Assembly (NCBI GenBank): GCA_963803145.1
Contig: CAWDLW010000002.1
Location: 1-31,958, forward strand
Source of the DNA: Methanotrichaceae archaeon
Lineage (GTDB): Archaea > Halobacteriota > Methanosarcinia > Methanotrichales > Methanotrichaceae
Direction of reading: 5' to 3'
Length of the DNA: 31,958 nucleotides
The translations under genes were made by a program, and so were the position numbers. Below the pieces are notes generated by a model that was not told the DNA's origin, ran no database searches, and saw only the letters and a program-made list of their open reading frames with translations. Positions 27,125 through 31,958 of the stretch are shown one piece after another. The stretch's first letter is position 1, and every line of letters begins with the position of its first letter.

Positions 27125-28114
27125 CTAAGCATGGCCTTCTTCATTGCACTTGCTGAGAAACGATTTCAGTGATAGAGCACAGTTTGATAAAAGCATGCTC
27201 GCCATCATCTGGCTCGGCCAGGAGCCGAGGCCGCAATCTGGGCCTACTGACCGAAGTCGATCGCCAAACAGGGAATATGCATGTTCAAGCCTTTTCTCAA
27301 TTATCTGCGGCGACTCAATGCTCATAATCTCCCTCTCGAGCCTTGCAGGATCATCCCAGAGATTAATGCCGAGTTTATCATTAAGTCCTGCAGCCATTGA
27401 GAGTATATCGGTCCTGGCTACTCCTGCGCGCAAATATTTGTCAGTATCATCGAGCAGCTTTCTATCTATCAGCCTCAGGTAATCAGGGTGTGCGGCCGAT
27501 TCTATGCCGACGATGTTTATTCCGGGAACATGTGTGCACAGTCCGACGTATAACGGTGAATGAAGATGTACTTCGCAATCGATCTTCTTGATCTTCTCGC
27601 AAGGAACGCTTGCTATCTCAAGAGCCTTGAGAATATCCGCCTCCTCGAAGACAATATTTGAGCTGATGCCTAAACTAGGTTCATCCAATGATGCTACAGC
27701 GACATTATTTTGCTCTTTTGCCTTTTCTATGAAACGGGCTACGCTTTCGGCAAGGTTAAAAAGTATATCTGTATAGTTTGTTGCCCCGAATGCTGAGATG
27801 TAGAGCTCAATTGGACCAGTGACGCATACGCGCACCGTCCGGTCTTTGGGAACTGCCTTCAGCTCCAATATATCGGCATACTCCCTCTTTATGAGATAAG
27901 GGCTCTCCGCAAGGTCAGGATTCTCTATAGGATTCATAAACATGCGTATCATATCTCTAAACTGAGGATAGGTCGGCACCTCAACGCCTGCCGAAATCTT
28001 TTGCACAAATGTATCCTTAACAAGTTCAAGGTATTGGTCTTGGGATATATCCTTCAGCTTCATGCCCTTAGGCAGAGGGTAGCTGCCTATGTCATCAAAA
28101 AAAATTTCGGCCAT
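27125..28114 (-). CDS. Archaeal methionine synthase, MetE catalytic-domain-only type
   Basis: DDIGSYPLP, YPQFRDM, VTGP, LDEPS, VHLH, VGPDCGLGSW; overlaps or abuts the thrC stop. Confidence 0.82.
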   Translation of the reverse strand: MAEIFFDDIGSYPLPKGMKLKDISQDQYLELVKDTFVQKISAGVEVPTYPQFRDMIRMFMNPIENPDLAESPYLIKREYADILELKAVPKDRTVRVCVTGPIELYISAFGATNYTDILFNLAESVARFIEKAKEQNNVAVASLDEPSLGISSNIVFEEADILKALEIASVPCEKIKKIDCEVHLHSPLYVGLCTHVPGINIVGIESAAHPDYLRLIDRKLLDDTDKYLRAGVARTDILSMAAGLNDKLGINLWDDPARLEREIMSIESPQIIEKRLEHAYSLFGDRLRSVGPDCGLGSWPSQMMASMLLSNCALSLKSFLSKCNEEGHA

Positions 28115-28116
28115 CC

Positions 28117-29472
28117 TCATCCTTCCATACCTTGAATAAGATAGCCCTTCAGGGAGGTGTAGTCTCCCTTCATCATCTTGAAGTGCTCCTCCAGATGATC
28201 CAGATCTGCCATTGCCTTAGGAAGCAGAGGATTTACACCCGTGAGCTTGACGATCTCATCCGGGAACTTCGCTGGATCGGCGGTCTCCAGGGATATGCAC
28301 GGGCTAAAGTCGCCACACTCATCCAGGTACTTCATCAGGCCAGCCCAGCCTACAGAGCCGTGAGGCTCAAGCAGAATTCTGTATTCATTGTATACTTCTC
28401 TGATGGTCCTGCGAGTCTCGACGTCGGATATCGAAATGGCGAACAGATCCTTCCTCATTGCGCTAAGATCTGGCTGCTTATTTACGTGGCCGTTCTCAGT
28501 CATCTGGCCGCCGTAAAGGCTGAATACGCGAGCCAGATTGCTCGGATGACCGACATTCATAGCGTTGGAGATGCAGTTCTTGCTCGGCTTTATGGGCTCA
28601 TAGATGCCTGTCTTCATAAAATGAGGAAACTCATTGTTCTCATTGGTGGCGGCAATAAACTTGTGCACGGGCAGTCCCATCTTCATGGCGATGAGCCCAC
28701 CCATCAGATCCCCGAAGTTCCCGCTCGGGACTGAGAAGACAACAGGCTCGGCATCGCTGCTTACTCTTGAGTATGCATAGAAATAATAGACAGCCTGTGG
28801 CAGGAGCCTCCCGATGTTTATAGAATTAGCTGAAGATAGGTTCAGATCTTTCAGCTCGGGATCGGCAAATGCCTGTTTAACCAATGCCTGGCAGTCATCG
28901 AACTTGCCATCCACTGCAAGGGGATGGATATTTCCACCAAGTGTAGTCATCTGCCGTCTTTGTCTCTCCGTAACCTCTTTTTCGGGGAATAACACTACTA
29001 CGCGTATATTGTCTAAGCCATAGAAGGCATGAGCGACCGCCGAGCCAGTATCGCCTGAGGTTGCGGTTAATATTATTATGTTCTTGCCCTCCTGGCTCAG
29101 GAAGTAATGAATCAACCTTGCCATCATCCGGGCTGCAAAGTCCTTGAATGAACAAGTAGGGCCTCTATCGAGACGAAGGATATACTTGTCATCGTAGACC
29201 ATCTCCACGGGGACCTCATAATTGTATGCATCACGGAGGATGGCCTTAAGCGCATCATCTTGGATAAGGTCGCCCAGATACGGCTTGACAACCTCATAAG
29301 CGATATCCGGGTAGTTCATCATCGAGAACTGCAGTATCTTCTCGATTGGGATTGTGGGGATTGCCTCAGGCATATAGAGTCCCTTATCCGGGGCCTGGCC
29401 TATAAGCAGGGCCTGGCGGAAATCAATGCGATCTGGGCTGCCATTTGTGCTGAAGAAGGTAATTCGCGACAT
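28117..29472 (-). CDS. thrC: Threonine synthase
   Basis: GPTCSFKDF PLP lysine, ATSGDTG, FDDCQALVK, SANSINIGRL, VPSGNFG, TADPAKF. Confidence 0.95.
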   Translation of the reverse strand: MSRITFFSTNGSPDRIDFRQALLIGQAPDKGLYMPEAIPTIPIEKILQFSMMNYPDIAYEVVKPYLGDLIQDDALKAILRDAYNYEVPVEMVYDDKYILRLDRGPTCSFKDFAARMMARLIHYFLSQEGKNIIILTATSGDTGSAVAHAFYGLDNIRVVVLFPEKEVTERQRRQMTTLGGNIHPLAVDGKFDDCQALVKQAFADPELKDLNLSSANSINIGRLLPQAVYYFYAYSRVSSDAEPVVFSVPSGNFGDLMGGLIAMKMGLPVHKFIAATNENNEFPHFMKTGIYEPIKPSKNCISNAMNVGHPSNLARVFSLYGGQMTENGHVNKQPDLSAMRKDLFAISISDVETRRTIREVYNEYRILLEPHGSVGWAGLMKYLDECGDFSPCISLETADPAKFPDEIVKLTGVNPLLPKAMADLDHLEEHFKMMKGDYTSLKGYLIQGMEG

Positions 29473-29755
29473 GGGTATAATGAAGAATGTGCGATATGCT
29501 CTTTAAGTCTTTGCCAGAAGGATGAGTGCACAAATTCAAACAGGAAATTCTCCGCGGATACGGATTCAATGGATCAGTATTCTATGCATTATGTAATTGA
29601 TTTGCCATCTCAGTTGGCTTTTTATTTATGTTTAGTTTCTATATCTGATTCTAAAATATTCATAAAACATATAATAATTTATAGGCTGGTCAAAGCCGCC
29701 AGCCTATTAGACGCTAAATTCGCCCCGATCATTACAGCGCTCGGTCTTAATCGCG

Positions 29756-30475
29756 TTAGGCTATTGGAGTAAGCCGCACGTTATTTATTTTTACTAAAAG
29801 ACCTCCGTCAGGATAGTTTAGGTATACTTCATCGCCATCGTCGTAAAAGCCGTCGCCATTTTTATCAAAATACGCGATAGGTCCCAAAGAAGCTGGATTG
29901 AGCCCCAATAGTTTGTTGCGATCTGAGTCTAGATCAAATATTTTGGTCCCTGCCGATGCCGTGCCTCCTGTTACGGCGGGAACATTTGTTAATCTAACAT
30001 CGTAATTGATAGTCTCGAAGGCGCCAGGAGAATTAAGGTTTTGATGAAGATACACTGGATCATCAAGATCATAGCCCGTACTGCCATATTGATCCATGTA
30101 GCGAACTACCGCTCCAGGGAAGGGCTTTAATGGCTTTCCTAGGTCCTGATCATTTATAGCTACCTTTGAACCTGCAGGCAAAGGTCCAAAGGGTGTTAGA
30201 CGCACATCATTATCATTTACTTGAAGATCGGGAGGTTGTGCGCCTTTCGGTACATGTAGATAAACAACATCTCCTTGATCGTACCCAGGTGCTCCTGTGT
30301 CCCAGAAAGCAAAAATCGTTCCAGCTGGTATGGTATTTAATGATCGCGATAAATCACTATCACCGTTCTGCACTTTCGTTCCAAATGCATATGGTGCTCC
30401 TTCAGCCCCAGCAATACATAAAATCAACAATACTAAGCCTACCGCCAGCAAGGCAATTTTTTTGCGTATTCTCAT
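29756..30475 (-). CDS. Secreted protein with three internal repeats
   Basis: Signal peptide after MRIRKK; three copies of G[TS]K[VI]..xDxD...YD..D.VYL...VRLT. Confidence 0.8.
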   Translation of the reverse strand: MRIRKKIALLAVGLVLLILCIAGAEGAPYAFGTKVQNGDSDLSRSLNTIPAGTIFAFWDTGAPGYDQGDVVYLHVPKGAQPPDLQVNDNDVRLTPFGPLPAGSKVAINDQDLGKPLKPFPGAVVRYMDQYGSTGYDLDDPVYLHQNLNSPGAFETINYDVRLTNVPAVTGGTASAGTKIFDLDSDRNKLLGLNPASLGPIAYFDKNGDGFYDDGDEVYLNYPDGGLLVKINNVRLTPIA

Positions 30476-30678
30476 TTCAGTTCCCCCTTCAATTGGCAAT
30501 TAACTATATAAATTATGATTGTAGTATAAATAGATTTTTTTATTCTAAATTCGAATATTTTCCCTGACGTATTCTAGGTTAATTTATTCAATTTAAAACT
30601 TAATAAAATTAAACTGTTATCTCAATAAGGATGGCCGTTTATGAAATTTTTAAAAATAATGGAATAATTAAAAGCTAT

Positions 30679-31797
30679 CTAATCTGGCCCCGAAAGCCGC
30701 ACATCATTCACTTTTACAGAGCTCTTGGATGCTTCTCCAGTGATATCCAAGTATATATCATCGGAGGAGTCATAGACCCCGTTGCCGTTTGCATCAAAAT
30801 ACAGGATCTTCGCTGCATCTGTTGCTTGTCCAGGGAAGCTCAATAAAGGCGGGAATGAGAGCAATTTATTCTGATCGATATCAAAATCAATTACTTTGGT
30901 TCCTGCAACCAGATTCAAATTTGAACTCAATCTGATGTCGTTAGTGAGAATAAGCTTGTTTGCTGGGAGAATCTCAATATTGCAGGTCGTATTGCAGCCA
31001 TTTGCGTCGCCATTGAGACCACTACTACTAGCGCTCGTATTGACCTGAGCTATTTTTACAAGCCATGTATTAAGGACATGATAATAATTATTTTTCACGC
31101 CATGAATTACTTCAATATCAGAACCCTGCCATTTGCCGACTACTTCAGGAATATCACTAATTAATTGATCTGAGATCAATAGTTTATAGCCATCAGTAAA
31201 GACAATATAATTTGCTCTCACAAAGGGATTTTTGCTGCCAAAATATGGAAGCCTTTCCTGATACTCGCCCCCTATATCTGCAGCCGCTTCTCCATTCATG
31301 CATATACAGCCAGAACTATTTATATTTTGATCTCTGCTTATATTTATGCCGTAATTATCGAGGCTGAGCTGATGCAGGTATATAGAATCTTCAAGATCAT
31401 ATTCTCGACCGCCACGCAAGTTTAGATAATTGATTGTTGAAGGAAGCATTGTCAGCTGCTTATCCATATCTATGTCTTGTGCTGTCACTTTTGATCCTGC
31501 GATATGTCCTTGAAAAGATGTAAGCCGTAAATCATTATCATTTACTTGCAGATACGAATCAGGCTCGCCTTTTGGCATATGGAGATAAACAGCATCTTCC
31601 TCACCATATCCAGGGGCTCCTGTATCCAAATAGCCCATAGTCGTTCCAGCAGGCATATCATAAAGCGGTCTCCCCATATCCGTATCAGCCGATAAGACCT
31701 TGGTTCCAAAGGCATATTCTGAGCCGCTTGCCAGATTCAGCATCAAGATCAGACTTATTAGTAGGGAGACTTTTATCAATCTCTTAGCCCCGTTCAT
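30679..31797 (-). CDS. Secreted paralogue of the downstream gene with a large insertion
   Basis: Shares YAFGTKV, DTGAPGY, VYLH.PKG, LQVNDND.RLT, YFD.NG.G.YD with 29756-30475. Confidence 0.82.
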   Translation of the reverse strand: MNGAKRLIKVSLLISLILMLNLASGSEYAFGTKVLSADTDMGRPLYDMPAGTTMGYLDTGAPGYGEEDAVYLHMPKGEPDSYLQVNDNDLRLTSFQGHIAGSKVTAQDIDMDKQLTMLPSTINYLNLRGGREYDLEDSIYLHQLSLDNYGINISRDQNINSSGCICMNGEAAADIGGEYQERLPYFGSKNPFVRANYIVFTDGYKLLISDQLISDIPEVVGKWQGSDIEVIHGVKNNYYHVLNTWLVKIAQVNTSASSSGLNGDANGCNTTCNIEILPANKLILTNDIRLSSNLNLVAGTKVIDFDIDQNKLLSFPPLLSFPGQATDAAKILYFDANGNGVYDSSDDIYLDITGEASKSSVKVNDVRLSGPD

Positions 31798-31958
31798 ATT
31801 ATAGATTTATCAGCAAGAGCTGTCTTATGATCATTCACCTATAAATGATTTTTGTGATTTAATATTGCCGAATTTAACCATGAAGACAAAAGCACAAAGC
31901 TGTCATTCAATCATCAAATATTATCAAAATCATCACCACCTCCTTTTTAAAGTAATAA

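Noticed and set aside
320-30846. Many antisense or overlapping ORFs in the track (e.g. 1316-1831, 5664-6170, 28132-28734, 29260-29772)
   Set aside because: Shadows of well-supported genes, with no motifs or ribosome-binding sites.

Overview
A 32-kb archaeal chromosomal segment whose gene set (TIGR04083-type radical SAM, DUF1699, archaeal TPI, GGR plus ferredoxin, secreted Ca-loop proteins) points to a methanogen, most likely Methanothrix-like (inference). Left arm: 2-hydroxyacid dehydrogenase, macro-domain protein, two stand-alone receivers, radical SAM/SPASM enzyme and an fdhA-asrA-like-asrB-like operon; four of these genes carry single-base frameshifts. Middle: secreted-protein genes flanking a ~1.1-kb ORF-free region (about 10840-11913) that folds by eye into many nested helices and is the best candidate for an undescribed large structured RNA, plus a 294-bp MITE with a 6-bp target duplication. 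Right arm: glutamate-synthase-like gene divergent from glnA with a duplicated TATA+palindrome control region, hisHF, HTH regulator, tpiA-acyP-ferredoxin-GGR operon, an intact tnpB-only IS200/IS605 element, thioredoxin-like, DUF1699, thrC-methionine synthase and two paralogous three-repeat secreted proteins. All calls come from reading the sequence; no searches or folding programs were run.
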